A stretch of DNA of 64,000 nucleotides. Origin: the human T2T-CHM13v2.0 reference genome, Homo sapiens. Shown piece after piece: positions 47,774-63,794 of the stretch. Numbering within the stretch: position 1 is the stretch's first letter; the number at the start of each line of letters is the position of its first letter. The translations under genes were made by a program, and so were the position numbers. The notes under the pieces are model-generated. The model ran no database searches, was not told the origin of the DNA, and saw nothing but the letters and a program-made list of their open reading frames with translations. Location: NCBI RefSeq assembly GCF_009914755.1, contig NC_060942.1; one strand, given 5' to 3'.

Positions 47774-48995
47774 GGCACCTTACTGGGGACTACAATATAC
47801 AAAACCCGCTTTGGGTGGCATTTCAGTTCAACTTGGTCTTTAGCCAAGTGCCTACACACCATCTCTTTTTCTTCATTCACCCCTGGCACCCTGAGCAACC
47901 CCTGAAGACCTCTGGCACCCTACAGAGTACAGTATAAAGACATGTGATCTGAGCCCTCTCATTTTACAGATGCCAAAACCAAGACCCAGAGAGAGGCAGC
48001 TTTTGGGTGTAACTTATGTTGTTTGATTATGATAAAGCTGACTAAAGAAGAAGTTTCTTGGTTCAGGTGTGCTGTTTTTGGCTGTACTGTGTACTTCTTA
48101 TTTGAGGGCAATAATGCCAGAGGAATATTTCTGTATCATTAACTCCTCATCTTCCAGACTTATCTTTAAGTGACATTTCCTTCATATTGGCCCAGGTTTA
48201 TATAACACTGCACCTAATCACAGATTTTAGAATAGTTTATAGCCAGGAACATTTCAGAGAGAGAAGCACACAATAATTTATTCTAAGGTCTAATGACATT
48301 TGGTCTAGGATTAGATGGTAAAAAGCATCAGATTGGAAACCATTTCAAAATAAGATACGATATAGATATTATGTACATTTTTAAAAATTTGCTCTGGATG
48401 TTCCTGACCATATATGGAGAGAATCATATTCATTAGTCAGTAGTCTTGGTGTAACCGCTCAAGAGCACATGCAAGCACACTGGATGCATGAAGGTGAACA
48501 AATAGCATCATGAGATATTTATTGTGAAATCAATTATAGTAAAAGCTGCAAAGTACAACCTAGGTGAGGCAGGTTTGCATAGCATTGTAACTGAAGAGAA
48601 AGGAGACCTATATGGTTTAGTAATGAGACAAAAACTTTATTGAAAGAAAATACAGAATGACACAGAAGAAAGGAAGAAGAAAAAATTTTTGAAAAAGAGG
48701 AGGGAGCACGCTGATGGGACAGTGTGGCTGTAAGAGAGATTCTGGGGAGTGAAAACAAGAAGAGAAGGAGTCAAAAAGGAGTTATATTGAAAAAGAGTAG
48801 ACACTCCTACCATTGCCAATCATTCCTGGCAATGGGGAGTTCTGTCAGGGACTGTGGCAGAGGACTTGGGAGACTGAGTTTGGGATTTGAAAGCAGACAA
48901 TTGGGTTCTGGAAATGATGTGATTTAATCACTGTATCTGCTCCTTGCCTTAGAGAATAGAGGATTGCCTGAAGGTGTGGTTCCTAACCCTCCATC

Positions 48996-49051
48996 CTAGA
49001 ATTTAAGGCCTCATACTTAGCTTCTAGAATTTAAGGCCTCATACTTAGCTT
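48996..49051. repeat. Perfect 28-bp tandem duplication
   Basis: ctagaatttaaggcctcatacttagctt x2. Confidence 0.97.
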
Positions 49052-49499
49052 TAAGTGATTTAACATATTGCCTCACCTCAAACTCATATACCTGGAAACC
49101 ATTTTACACAGACCTTTTTTGACTTCGCCAATGTAAGTTACATTTGCATCGCCACTCCTTTTGATTCCCCATTTCCTGATATGCCACAGATCTTGAAGGT
49201 GAGAATTAGACTACTCAGGGAACACCAGTTAATGGCTCGTTTTTCACTGTAGCTGATGCTAGCTGCAGAGAGAAGCATACTATGTATATGTTCCAAATAA
49301 AATTTGTTTGTTAGCTCTACATGCTGCATGCCATAGCTATCCCTTGATCACTGTCTTTTCTGATGGTTGCAAGTGCCAGCCATAAGGTAGCTCCTTAGGG
49401 GAAAAGGTACTTGAGAATAGGACCATCTCACAGAGACTGCCAGAGTCTTCCCTCTCACAGAGATTCACAAATACTCAACGTCCTCCGTTAACGTATAGA

Positions 49500-49755
49500 A
49501 ACTCTGGGATTAGAATTTCTCAGCAACTTATCTTAATTTTAGCTATGTGAGTTCTTGCCCTACCTCTGTCATTAATTTACTAAAAGATTTTGATAAATCA
49601 CTGGAATTATCTTGACTTTAGGTTACTCTTGTTTGTGATGAGTGTAATAATTCATAAACAACTAATCCAACGAAGTTATTTGTAGGATTAAATCAGATAA
49701 ATATGTGAAAGGTGTCTTTATTGGAGAAAAGCTTAGCAAATATATTAATATGGGA
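49500..49755 (+). mobile_element. MIR SINE (diverged)
   Basis: 'ttgtaggattaaatcagataaatatgtgaaag' resembles the MIR 3' part. Confidence 0.5.
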
Positions 49756-50399
49756 TCCTACGATTAATATTATAAGATAAAATTTTTCATGTGTCAGTTT
49801 CTCTACTGTTCAATTCTGGGATATATATTACATAACATTCCTAATTATTGCAATATGATTTAATTTCCAAAAATATTATTGAGGCAAATTGCAAAGTGCA
49901 TGGTGTCACATAGTCTTTATAGTTGTAGACATACCAGGAATCCATATACACCTATCCACTTCCTTTATATAGAAATACCACAATCATCACATATGCAGTC
50001 ATTCATTTATTCTATAACTGGACAGTTACTAATTTACGCTTACCAAATTCAAGACCTTTCTTGAATCAGCCACTGTGTTAGGTTCTTGTTATCTTGGAGT
50101 AACTAGTCTATAAAGTGGCACATTATTAGAATCCAATTTAATATGTAATTTTTGAAATTGTGATAAAATATATATAACAAAATTTTACATTTTAGCTCTC
50201 TTTAAGTGTACAATTCAGTGTAATTACATTCACAATGTTGCATAAACTTTACCACTTTTTGCAAAACTTCTTAAACATGTTAAACAACTTAAACAAAAAC
50301 TCTGTATGTATTGAATAACAACTCTTCACTCCCCCTTATCCCATCTCCTAGAAACATCTAATTTATTTTCCATAATTATGAATGTGCCTATTCTATATA

Positions 50400-50727
50400 C
50401 AGTCACGTGCTACATAGCAACACTTTGGTCAATGATGAACCATATATACGCAGTGGTTCCACAGAATTATAATATTGTATTTTTTACCATACCTTTTCTA
50501 TTTTAGATACACACATTCTTACCATTGTGTTACAACTGCCTACAGTATTCAGTACAGTATGCTGCACAGGTTTGTAGCCTAGGAGCAATAGGCTATACTA
50601 TATAACCTAGGTATGTAGCAGGCTAACCATCTAGATTTGAGTAAACACACTCTATGGTGTTTACACAACAGTGAAATAACCTAACACATTTCTCAGTGTA
50701 TCTCTGTCATTAAGCTACGTGTGACTG
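50400..50727 (+). mobile_element. Tigger3a (MER7A/Golem_A) MITE nested in the L1MB 3'UTR
   Basis: TIRs 'cagtcacg...gtgactg' flanked by TA. Internal 'caggtttgtagcctaggagcaataggctatac'. Confidence 0.88.
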
Positions 50728-51543
50728 TATTTCATATAAATGGTATCACAATATTTGTCCTTTTGTGTCTGAGAATTATGTGTTTAATTATTTTAGGGAC
50801 TGCCAAACTGTTTTATACAGCAGCTGCACCGTATCACATTACCATCAGCATACAAAATGGTTCCAATATCTTCATATCCTTGCCAATACTTGTTATTTTC
50901 CTTTTTTTTTCATTATTATAGCCATCCTAGTAGGTGTTAAGTAGTACGGCAGGTTTGATTTGCATTTCGCTGATGATTAGTGATCTTGAGCATCTTTTCT
51001 TGTGCTTACTGGTGATTTTTATGTTTTCTTTCAAGAAGTATGTATTCAAGTCAATTGCCTATTCTTCATTTGGGTTGTTAGTCTTTTTTGTTGCTGAGTT
51101 GTAGGAATTATATATATATTCTGAACACCAAACACTTTACAGATATATGAGTTCCATCTATTTTCTCCCATTCTGTAAGTCATCTTTTTGCTTTCTTGAT
51201 AATGTGTATTAATAAATAAAAGTTATATTTTTTGTTTCAATGAAGTCTAATTTATTTTTTTGTTTATACTTTTTATGTCATATTTAAAAATCCATTGCTA
51301 AATTCAAGGTTATGAAGATGTGGCCTATGTTTTCTTATAAGATTATTATAATTTTAGTTCTTATATTTAGTCATTGTTCCATATTTTGTTAATATTTGTA
51401 TATGATGTGAGGTAGAAATCCAAATTTATTCTTTTACATATGGATATCCAGTTTTCAGCAAAATTTGTTGAGAAGACTATTCTTTCCTGTTACATTTAAT
51501 AAATGTACTTTGCATCTTTATCAAAAGTCAATTGGTTATATGA

Positions 51544-51858
<315 letters not shown>

Positions 51859-54564
51859 TGATTTTGTTTCTGGACTCTCAATTCTATTCCATTGATTTCT
51901 ATGACTATATTTATAGCAGTGACACACTGTTTTGATTACTGTAGCATTATAGTACATTTTGAAATGGAGAAATGGAAGTCCTCCAACAATATTCTCCTTT
52001 TTAAAGATTGTTTTGGCTATTTAATTCCCCATGCAATTCCATAAGATTTTTAGAATCACCTTCGCCATTTCTGCAAAAAAAAAAAAAAAAAAAAAAGGCT
52101 ATTGGAATATTTATAGGAATTGTGTGAAATCTGTAGATTGCTTTGGGTAGTACTGAGATCTTAATAATATTAAGTCTTCCAACCCATGAACATAAAATGA
52201 ACTTCTATTTACCTATGTTGTCTTTTTTAAGTAACATTTTGTAGTTTTGAGTATACACATCTTTTACCCCTAGATTAAATTTATTCCCATGTATTTTATC
52301 TTTTTGAATGCTATCATGAATGCAATTGTTTTCTCAATATTCTTCTCAGATAGTTCATTGTGTATGGAAAAACAACTGATTTTTTGTGTTGATCTTGTGA
52401 CTTAAAAATTTTCTAAATTTGTTTGTTAGCTTTAGTAGCTCTCTTATGAATTATTTGTGACTTTTTACATATAGATTATGTCATCTGTAAATAGAGGTAG
52501 TTTTACTTCTTTCATTCCAACTCAGTTGCCTTTTATTTTTGTTGTCTACTTTCTCTGCCTAGAACTTCCAGTAAAATTCTAAATAGCAGAGGCAAATGTG
52601 GTCATCTTTGTCTTTCTAATCTTAGGGAAAAAGCTTTCAGTTAACATTGAGTATGATGTTAGTTGTGGGTTTCTATAAACATCCTGTGATGTTAGTTGTG
52701 GGTTTCTGTAAATGTCCTTTATCATGTTGAATATTTCCTTCACTTTCTATTTTTTTAGTGTTTTTATCATGAAAGGGTGTTGGATTTTGTCAAATGCCCT
52801 TTCTGTGTGAATTAATATGATCATGTATTTTTCCCTTTTTTGTATTAATGCAGGATATTGTACTAATTTATTTCCTTATGTAAAGCCACCCTTGAATTAT
52901 ATCAATTCCCTGTTTCCCTTTTCCTGCTTAGTCCACTTTTATCATCATTCTAAACCTACCCTTCCAACACTTGGCCTTGATTTCATCATGGTGACCCTTT
53001 TTCAATGACCAATAACAGAAATTTCGGGTTCTGTGATCAAAGTTGATAGGTATGGTAAATGTTGAAACCATACCTTGACCTTTTTATATTAAGATGAGGT
53101 TGATATGTTATATCCTGTTAGCTACAACAGCACTGAAATGGAAGAACTCTGTGAGAAGAGATACAACAGATACAATATAATTTTGATTTCATGGAGTCAG
53201 CAAACATTTGTCATGTTATCCTGACCTAGAACAGATCCAGTGGTAGTCCAGGCCATTAAAATACCTACATTCTAGCCACATGGTAGAGACCATAAGAAAC
53301 CTCATAATCTTACTCTTTTTCTATATGTAGAGATATTTTAACAATTTAACATGGTTATTGACTGAATATACCCCAACCTTACCAGTTGCTGTGCAAACTA
53401 TTAGACTGCTCATTGCCCTGAGATGATATCCACTCTTTGCCCCCCACCTCACCCATCATTCAAAGATGATCTCTATAGTAAATTTGTTCATGCTTTAATG
53501 ATAGTTTTGTACTGGTAAGTCTTACTATGATTTTTCATGGACATTACTGTGAACTGTCAGGAGATATTAGGGACAGGGAGAGCCTTTTCCATACCTTTAA
53601 GAAGCATACCACTCAAGTGTCTCTGAATATGTTAGTCAAATAATTAAGCTCACTTCAGCCAGTCAGAACTTAATGCCTTTATGGATTTTGACTACTGTTT
53701 TAAAATGGTGTTTGGAAAATAGCCTCTTATATAGGCATTCTCAAATTACATATATAATTCCTATGAGGACACTGGAAAAGATGATAATTCACAATTATGG
53801 CTAAAGCTAGGATTGAAAAATTCAGTCAAATATTAGTCTCCGAAGATTAAATCCTGTGAAGTATTGGATAGTATTGAGCCATGCTGAGCAGCTAGAGAGA
53901 CTACCTGTTTAACATATATAGAAAAACCTTTCTTCCTGTTCCATTTAAGTTCATTTTGAATTCAGAATGCAAAATTTCTGCATGTCTGCCACTTTCTTTG
54001 CAACTCCTAATTATCTTAAGATAGAACCTTGGGTAGTTTTCTTATTCTTTTAATTTTTCTAACAATATATCTTTTCTTACATCTGCTTTAAATGTGAAAG
54101 TCATAGAAAACAAAAGAGCAAAGGGTAATGTTATGAGTAGGTAGGAAGCACAGAGAGATAGTGGAGGTAAATTACATTCTGAAAGATGCTGTTCTTAAAC
54201 ATAGTTTAAGCAGGAAAACAACAGCAAAAGTCCTAGAAGTGGAATATTCTGGGCTCTAGAATATCACAGGAACTCCATCTATCTTGAGAGACAGAGAGCC
54301 AGGTAAGGAAGAATGGCAACAATTGCAGTTCAGTTCCACTGAGCCACATTACATGAATGTGTTAGACACTGACTCTAGCTAAGGCCAGTTAACACAACAT
54401 ATCTATTGATAACCATTTAATCTGGTTATATTATATTTTGATCAAAGATAAATTTTAAAAAGAAAAAGGAGTAACACTCATAGGTGTACTTTAAGGAAAA
54501 GAAAACTGCATAAGAATTTTTAAATAAAGTTAAGACATTATTTACTCAAATTTTTCACCTCACA

Positions 54565-54940
54565 TTATACACATGCCCTCTGCCATGCAACTTTAGAATG
54601 CATTCCATAAAGGCAGAATGTATTTTTCCACCCTTTGACTTTGCTCTGGATGAAAGTGTAATTCCCCACCTGATTATTTGGCCAATAGAATGAGTTGAAA
54701 GAGACGGTGTATCACTTCTGAGCCTGGGTCTAAAAGGACTTGTGTGCTTTAGCTTTCCCTCTTGCATATCTGTGATCACCACGAGAAAAGTAAGTCTGAG
54801 CCAGCCAATTAGTCACAAATACAATAAATACCCAATATACTCCAGTCAATCCCATTCTATATCAGATAATACCCACAGGCAACCATAGACTCATGAGTGA
54901 TGATAAATGATTTCTGTTTAAAAGGTTTAGAGTGGTTCAA
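54565..54940 (+). mobile_element. MLT1 (H/I-like) MaLR LTR
   Basis: 'catgccctctgccatgcaacttt', 'ttggccaatagaatgag', 'ttctgagcctgggtctaaaagg' and 'catagactcatgag'. Confidence 0.75.
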
Positions 54941-57900
54941 ACACACAATTGAAAACTGAAGAAGACTTCTTAAAACTTACCTATTGCAAGAGCCATTAAA
55001 AAATTTAGAAAACTGAAAATATCAAAAGGTTGTTAGATTATTTGTTCCCCATAAAATATAGGCAGAACATAAAAAAAAATCATGAGATGAAAAAATTGAA
55101 TACCTTAAATTTTTTAAATAGGAAAAACTAATTTAAGGATGTAATAAAAATAAACTCTTCACGCAAAAAGGCATATATTCACAGAGGAAAAGAATATAAT
55201 TTATAAATAGCACAAATTTGAAAATCTCATTCAAAATATATAATAAAATAAGTAAATAAATGAATATAGATGGACAGATGAGAGATGTTTGCAATAGAAG
55301 TGTTTTAAAAAGAAACATTTTAGAAACTATAAAAGCAATAAATAAAAAAACCTTAAAAATAAAAATGAAGGGATTGCTCTTGAATGAGAGGAAAGGGGAT
55401 GAGTACATAGATTCAGATAAAAGAGTTTTAAACACAGTACTAAGAAATCAATAACAAGAAACCACACCTTTATAGGTACTGAAAAAATGGTTTTAGTTAC
55501 AAAAATTTGAAACATTTTTAAAAATAACCACATAAAAGCAAGAAAAAAGAATCAAAGATTGTTTTATGCCAGACTTGTCCTCTCCAATGCAAAATATTTG
55601 AAGATAACATAATTAAGGTTATACTTCATCAATTAAGGACAATTCCTTTTGTATTTTAAATTATAAGATAATACAGAAATATCCTGAGATAAGTAAAGGC
55701 AAAGATAATGGAAAGGGTTTTTAAATTGTACTCAATTATCATGAAGTTGTCTGAAAAAAAAATTAAGAAGCCAAGATCAGGAAAGTCTAGGTATAAAATG
55801 TGTTAGGTCTACTTGTATGTTTTGTGATGTTCAACTTCAAAATTCACTTGAATTATACTTTGTAGAGTGGTTTCTATAGCCCCAGGGCAACGGTTAGAAC
55901 TGCAAATACATCTTCTTTTTGATACATTTCTAGAATCATAAATGTAGTTCTTTTATCAGAAAAGTTATAAACAAAAATAATTTTCCCCTCCACAAATCTA
56001 CGGAATTTTGAAATAATTTGAAGGTTTTAAAAATAAATGTTAAATGACCAGAGATATTTTATGATCTTTAAAAGTAAAATAGATTAATAACCATTGTATT
56101 GCCCCTTATCCAAAACCCTGTCTATAAATTGTTCATTATCAAACAAAATATGCCATAGACATGCAAATGCAAACAATGAAGCAGAAATATTATGGTTATG
56201 AAATGCTTCAAATTTTGCACTTTGCTTATTTCTGAATTTTCTTCTTTCTGTATTTCTAAATTTTTCCAGTTCTCTTGAAGGAAACATGGATTATTTTTAT
56301 AACGAATAGAATCTTTACTTAAAAAGAGGAATCTTGTGTTTGTATTTTTCTCCATAAATTTTTTGTGTTATCTAGTGTTTCAGAATTGGAATTTTAACGA
56401 TAAAATTATATAATTATCCTGGAGAAATGATGTGAACAGAAACAGGTGTTTCTTGAATTCTGCTGTCAGTCCCATATTTTAATACACAAGTGACATCTGT
56501 GCAACTGATTTTAAATCACATAATGTTTAATATTCATTTTCAAAGATAACATGCAAATCAACAATATGATAAAATTTTATGATATAGTAATAATGCCATA
56601 TTTTATTATTGCTATTTGTAATTTCTCATCATATTTCTGTTAGTTTTTTCATAAATAACATGCAAACATATATTAATAGCTCCAGTTTTCAATCTCACTA
56701 TAATACCATTTCCAAAGCCATTTAGCTCATTGCCTAGAAATAGGGGGTTATCAGAGTTTGAACCTCCAGGAATTACAAACTGTAATTAGAAACTATGGAG
56801 CAACATTTGACTTATAGTCATTGCCTTTAGCAAAACTCACCTGAACATTCAGCCCTCTCCCGGTGATATTCATGTGCCTGAGAGTGAATTGCTCACTGCC
56901 TTTGCCAATTGCTTTAAATATTTTGATACATCAAGGGTAGTCTGAGATAAAGTTTCTTCCTAAAACATTTGCAAATTCAGCTCCAGTCAGTGCCTTATTG
57001 TTAATTTCCAAGGGGGTTTTTCAAGTAAAACTACATGGATGGTAGCACATTTGGAATTCTTCTGGAAAAATCCACAAAAATTATAGTCTCATTAGAAATC
57101 ATTGGAAGAGTATATAAAATCATTGCATTGTACTTTTCAAAATAATGTTATAATAAGAAAGAAGAGAATATTTAACTTTCTCATTTTGTATTTCTAATAA
57201 AATAGAACTCTTATTTTCATGTAGCAGTAAACATTAGAATGACTCTGCTGTATCTTTCCTCATTGATTCAGATGTGTAATTGATTGCCTCTCCCTATTAA
57301 ATATAAATTATCGGAGTTTAATAGGATTATGTAACTTAATACGAACCACAGTGTTTTGGAAGGCTTATGGTTTGGAAGGGCAGAGATGTGGGCAGTGATG
57401 GTGGGTCTGAAACTGCTTCTTAAAACTGAAGCAACTTTTTAGTTGTTCTAAAAAAAGGTATGGAGTCATCTGTGAAATTGAGCTAAGCCATTGTTTTAGA
57501 GAAATGAGTGGTAAGCAACTTAAATGAGTCATTTATTTATCCAAGGAAGATAAAACTTATCTTCTGAATTGGATAATTTTTAGAAAAGATGCAATTAATT
57601 TTTTAATGGAAAAGATTTGCTTTTCCCTAAGACAGATTTTAATTGAGGAAAAAAATAAGGAAAGTATATTTTCCTATTCCCACTGGTCCTCAGAGAAGTG
57701 GGAGAGGAGAGCACAAACTCTGGGTAAGGGGGCATAGTTAGAGGCACACGTGTCAGGGGAAAGCTTACCTCTCTACCAGACATGACAACTACTAGGCAAA
57801 GTGGAGGGGTGGCTGGTAAGAGTCAATTTTAGAAAGAGGATGACCTATACCTCTAGCAAACGACATTTTAGTAGTCAATAGAAGGTTTGATTTCATGCCT

Positions 57901-58340
57901 TCTAATTCCCTTCTGTTATCCTCAGATCTGTGAAATCTTCTTGTCCTTTGTGACCTGTTCTTAACTCTGCCTTGAAATGTTCCAGACTTGAGAAGAAGTG
58001 GCACAGATAAACAGAAAGAAGAAACCAGGCAAAAGGTAATTACAGATGTCCTTCAGGGAGTAGAGCAGTGATATAAACAAAACACCTAGATGTCTGGATC
58101 CATATGACAAGCAGGTCAGATTTTTTGGATGCATAATCATCCCAGAGAGAGCCCCAGAAATACTTAGGAAGTGGTGTGCAGGGGAGCCTAGTAAGAATCA
58201 AAATACCAAAACACATGTGGATCAAAGGATCGCTATGCTGACACCGAAGGCACATGACCCTGAAACTTAAAAAACTAGAAACTTTGAGCAACATAAATAA
58301 GACCGTATGATAAAGTTGTAGAAAATTCTGTGTTTAAGTT

Positions 58341-58646
58341 GGCCAGGCGCAGTAGCTCATGCCTGTAATCCCAGCACCATGGGAAGCCAAGGTGGGCAGA
58401 TCACTGGAGGTCAGGAGTTCGAGATCAGCCTGGCCAACATGGTGAAACTCTGTCTCTACTAAAAATACAAAAATTAGCTGGGCGTGGTGGCGGGCACCTG
58501 TAATCTCAGCTACTTGGGAGGCTGAGGCAGGAGAATCACTTGAACCCTGGAGGTGGAGGTTGCAGTGAGCCTAGATTGCACCACTGCACTCCAGCCTCGG
58601 CGACAAGAGTGAGACTCTGTCTCAAAAAAAAAAAAAAAAAAAAAAA
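58341..58646 (+). mobile_element. AluS (Sq/Sx-like)
   Basis: Full Alu with A tail. Approximate TSD ttctgtgtttaagtt / ttctatatttaagtt. Confidence 0.95.
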
Positions 58647-59179
58647 TTTCTATATTTAAGTTGTTAACTGTGGGAAGTGACTTTGACATTTCTTTTTTTG
58701 TCAGTTCGTGTTACAGAGCACAATTGGGATATAATTGCATATTTCAAGAATCTTGTATGTATGTGTGTTTGTGTGTGTTTATGTTCAAATAAAAAGATAA
58801 TTTTCTCAGTCATTTAGGAAATACACATTCAGGATTGAAACACATTGTTTTTAGACGTATTTCCTTTTTCAATAGGTATTATCAGAAATGGAAAGTGTGC
58901 TTAACTTTGGATACCTACCTTAGAGATTATACTCATCTAAGTCCAGTATAATACAGAAAGTAAAGCCCACAATTTCTTGATTTGTAATCACAAATATAAT
59001 ACCTTTGAGTGAAACTACAAATATTTTTGCTAGTAAACAAGGGATTATGTCTACTGGTAAGTACAAAGCTGTGTAGAATTTAATTCTCTAGAGAATTTCC
59101 CAGGAACAAAAAATGTGCTGCCTGGCAAGAGTAGCCATAATCTTATCCTTCAGTTCCCAAAGCCCAATTTGGTTTCGCT

Positions 59180-59580
59180 CATCCATTCATCAGATGTATA
59201 TTTATACATGACGTCTTCCCAGAGACTTTGGAAGGCAATAGAGTTCCAGAAGAAATGAAGCATTCTCTTTACCCTTGGATAACTCAGAATTTGAAAGAAA
59301 GTAATATGATAAACTGATGTTTATTATCCACCTATTATGTACCAAGCTGTGTCCCGGTGCTAACCCAAAGGTACAGAAGAGCTAACTCTCCCTGGGAGAT
59401 GAAAGAAAGACAGAATTTGAAGTAAGCCTTGAAGGACAAGTAGGACTTCACCAGTTGGAAAAGGGATGGAGCATATTCCAGATGGAAGAACCAGCATGTA
59501 GAAATCCATGTGTGTAAACACACTGTGTGGTAACAACAGGGAAATTCAATATAGCTGAGTAAATGTTGTATTGAGGACTC
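59180..59580 (-). mobile_element. L2 fragment
   Basis: 'agccttgaaggacaagtaggacttcaccag...gcatattccagatggaagaaccagcatg'. Confidence 0.65.
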
Positions 59581-59689
59581 GTACTGGCAAATAGCATAGG
59601 CTTGGGCTGATGATAAGTAGCAGGTAGAAAATCAAGACTTGAACCCCCTCTGTGGCAGCTACTGTGGCAGAAGTACTACTTCTATTATT

Positions 59690-59850
59690 TAATTAAACAT
59701 TTAAAACAATACTACAAGGCATCTATTATCATTATTTCACAAGCAAGAAAATTGATAATAATAATAAATGAAAAGCATTCATTATCTTACACAAGTTTAT
59801 ACAGCAGGTCAAGGACAGAGACTCCAAAAAAATTATCTTCTTTTTGATCA
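59690..59850 (-). mobile_element. MIR fragment
   Basis: 'aacaatactacaaggcatctattatcattatttcacaagcaagaaaattga'. Confidence 0.5.
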
Positions 59851-59944
59851 TCATACAAAAAGGATTTCATGTGGCAGGCTAAGGAGGTCAAGCTTATATC
59901 AAGGCAATGGTGGACTATTTAACTGGTCATTATATCCCTCTTCT

Positions 59945-60670
<726 letters not shown>

Positions 60671-60684
60671 ATTCCAAGAGAAAA

Positions 60685-60995
60685 TCTTTGCAAACCACAG
60701 ATGGTGGCCCAAATTCAAATGACAGACATCCTTTTTTTTATTTAATTTTATTGTCCACACACATAATCTTTTTCAACTAAATTTGGAAAAAAAGTAGGAT
60801 TTTACGTAGAATTTCTGCCTCTCTTAAAAAATTAGAAGAGGTGCCCACATTTGGCCTGGATTTCTGGCTAGTAACGATTGGTGCTGGAGAAGAGTTCTCT
60901 CCTTGAAATAAACATGTTCACTTAACAAACTGCCTCATTCTTGTATGTTCAGTGACTGATCTCTGATGATTTGTGTTGGCAAAACTTGATCTAGG
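60685..60995. mobile_element. MER102-like hAT DNA transposon
   Basis: 'ggattttacgtagaatttctgcctctcttaaaaaattagaaga...ggcctggatttc...aacgattggtgctggag'. Confidence 0.6.
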
Positions 60996-61469
60996 CCCTG
61001 GCTTGTTTCAAGATCACTTAAGAAAAATAGTAAATATGTAGCCCTCAAGCCCTCTTACACCTACTTCAAAACCAATGGATTCATTATAATTTTTGTCAAC
61101 TCAGGGATTTTAGAATTGGGTTTCTAAAGAATTCTGAAGAACTAAGACCTCAAGGGAAAACTAGAAATAGAACCAAGGAGAGGTCTGGGAATGCTGTGAC
61201 GGTAAGTAAAACAATAAAAGGTCCACCTGCATTTAAACATTTTATTCCTCTTGCTTTATTCACAAGTGCCTAACATAGGGTAGACACAGAATATTAAGTA
61301 TATGGAAGCAGTTTTTATCAAATGATTTCCTAAAGTGTGTATAAAATAGTATAAGTCCCTGTGATGTCCCCAAGCAAAGATTTTCAGAGTAAATCAATAA
61401 TTTTTAAAAATTCAATGTCTTTTTCTTATTTTCAATGTTCTTTTAACATATCAAAATATCTTAAAAATT

Positions 61470-62592
<1,123 letters not shown>

Positions 62593-63689
62593 AGAAGTGC
62601 TTCAAAACACAACCTATTTATTTTTGTTTCACCTAGTACTTATCATACAAATTTGTTATGGAAAGTTTTAAAATAACCTTTTCTTTTGGAAATGTTAATG
62701 TATAAAATGGCAAAGCAATCAATAGAAATACCCAGAAAATGTCTTATCCTTTATAAAATTAAGCAGAGAGAAAACAGAAATAGAATCTAGTTGTGACTCT
62801 GAATTCAGCCATTTCTGGATATTAGCAAATGGTGTTGTCTGTCTGAAAGTGTATACTCCTGGTGTTTTCTGGTCTCCAGCCATACCTGAGAGGAAAATAG
62901 AGATAGCAACACATTTTTCAGCCTTCCCAGTTGTGATTCCAAATTCTCATTCTTGAGTGCAGGCACAGGCACAGAGTAGGCCGCAGCTGAGGGGCTCTGA
63001 GCTGGCTCTCCGCCAGGTTTTTCCCTCTAGGCTGTCCTGTACTTGCCAACCAATGTCAGGATCCTTCTTCATTAGTGTGGTTTTATACAAACAACAGGAA
63101 CCATCAGGGGTGTACAGGATGTAAACATATCAAACCGACACTATCAACAGCCAAGGTCCATCATCCTGAGAATTCCTTCTGCCTTCGAGGCAGCAGTGAG
63201 GTTTGGAGAACTGGACCAAGAGGAGTTCTGCAGGGTTGTGTGCAGCCTGGGGTCTGCCAACATGCAGCTGTGCTCACGGTCCCAGCTGCTTCACCCCCCT
63301 CTAGACATGTGAAGGCTAACAATTCCAATATGTACAGTAAAGTGGCTTAGTTTTCAAATCTGTTGGGTTACCTTCTTGATTTTTCTATAAATACTATATT
63401 TTCAACATCAATAGAGATGCCTCATTTTCTTTCTTTTTGTATTTCAAATGCTTTCTCACAAGTTGCTCCCTTTTTTATTCCTAACTGTAGAGTCATATAT
63501 TGCCAAGTGACAAAGTTCATACTAACCAGCTCCCAACCAGGCTCTTTATTAATAAAACCAGGATAATCATATCACACCTACCTACCACAGCAAGTTATAG
63601 CTTTGGTAGTTATAGCAATGTTATAACATTGACTGTAACAGTCAATGTTTATGGAACTAAGGTTTATTTAAGTGATCCTATTTTGAGTA

Positions 63690-63765
63690 CTCTCTCTCTC
63701 TCTCTCTCTCTCTCTTTATATATATATATATATACATACACATATATATACACACATATATATAT
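63690..63765. repeat. Compound (CT)n-(TA)n-(CA/TA) microsatellite
   Basis: Seen directly in the sequence. Confidence 0.95.
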
Positions 63766-63794
63766 TAGCTCAATAAATGTAATAAACATAGAAC

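Noticed and set aside
55000-55800. 100-aa hydrophobic ORF (55133-55435)
   Set aside because: Low-complexity translation of very AT-rich, possibly old L1-derived DNA.
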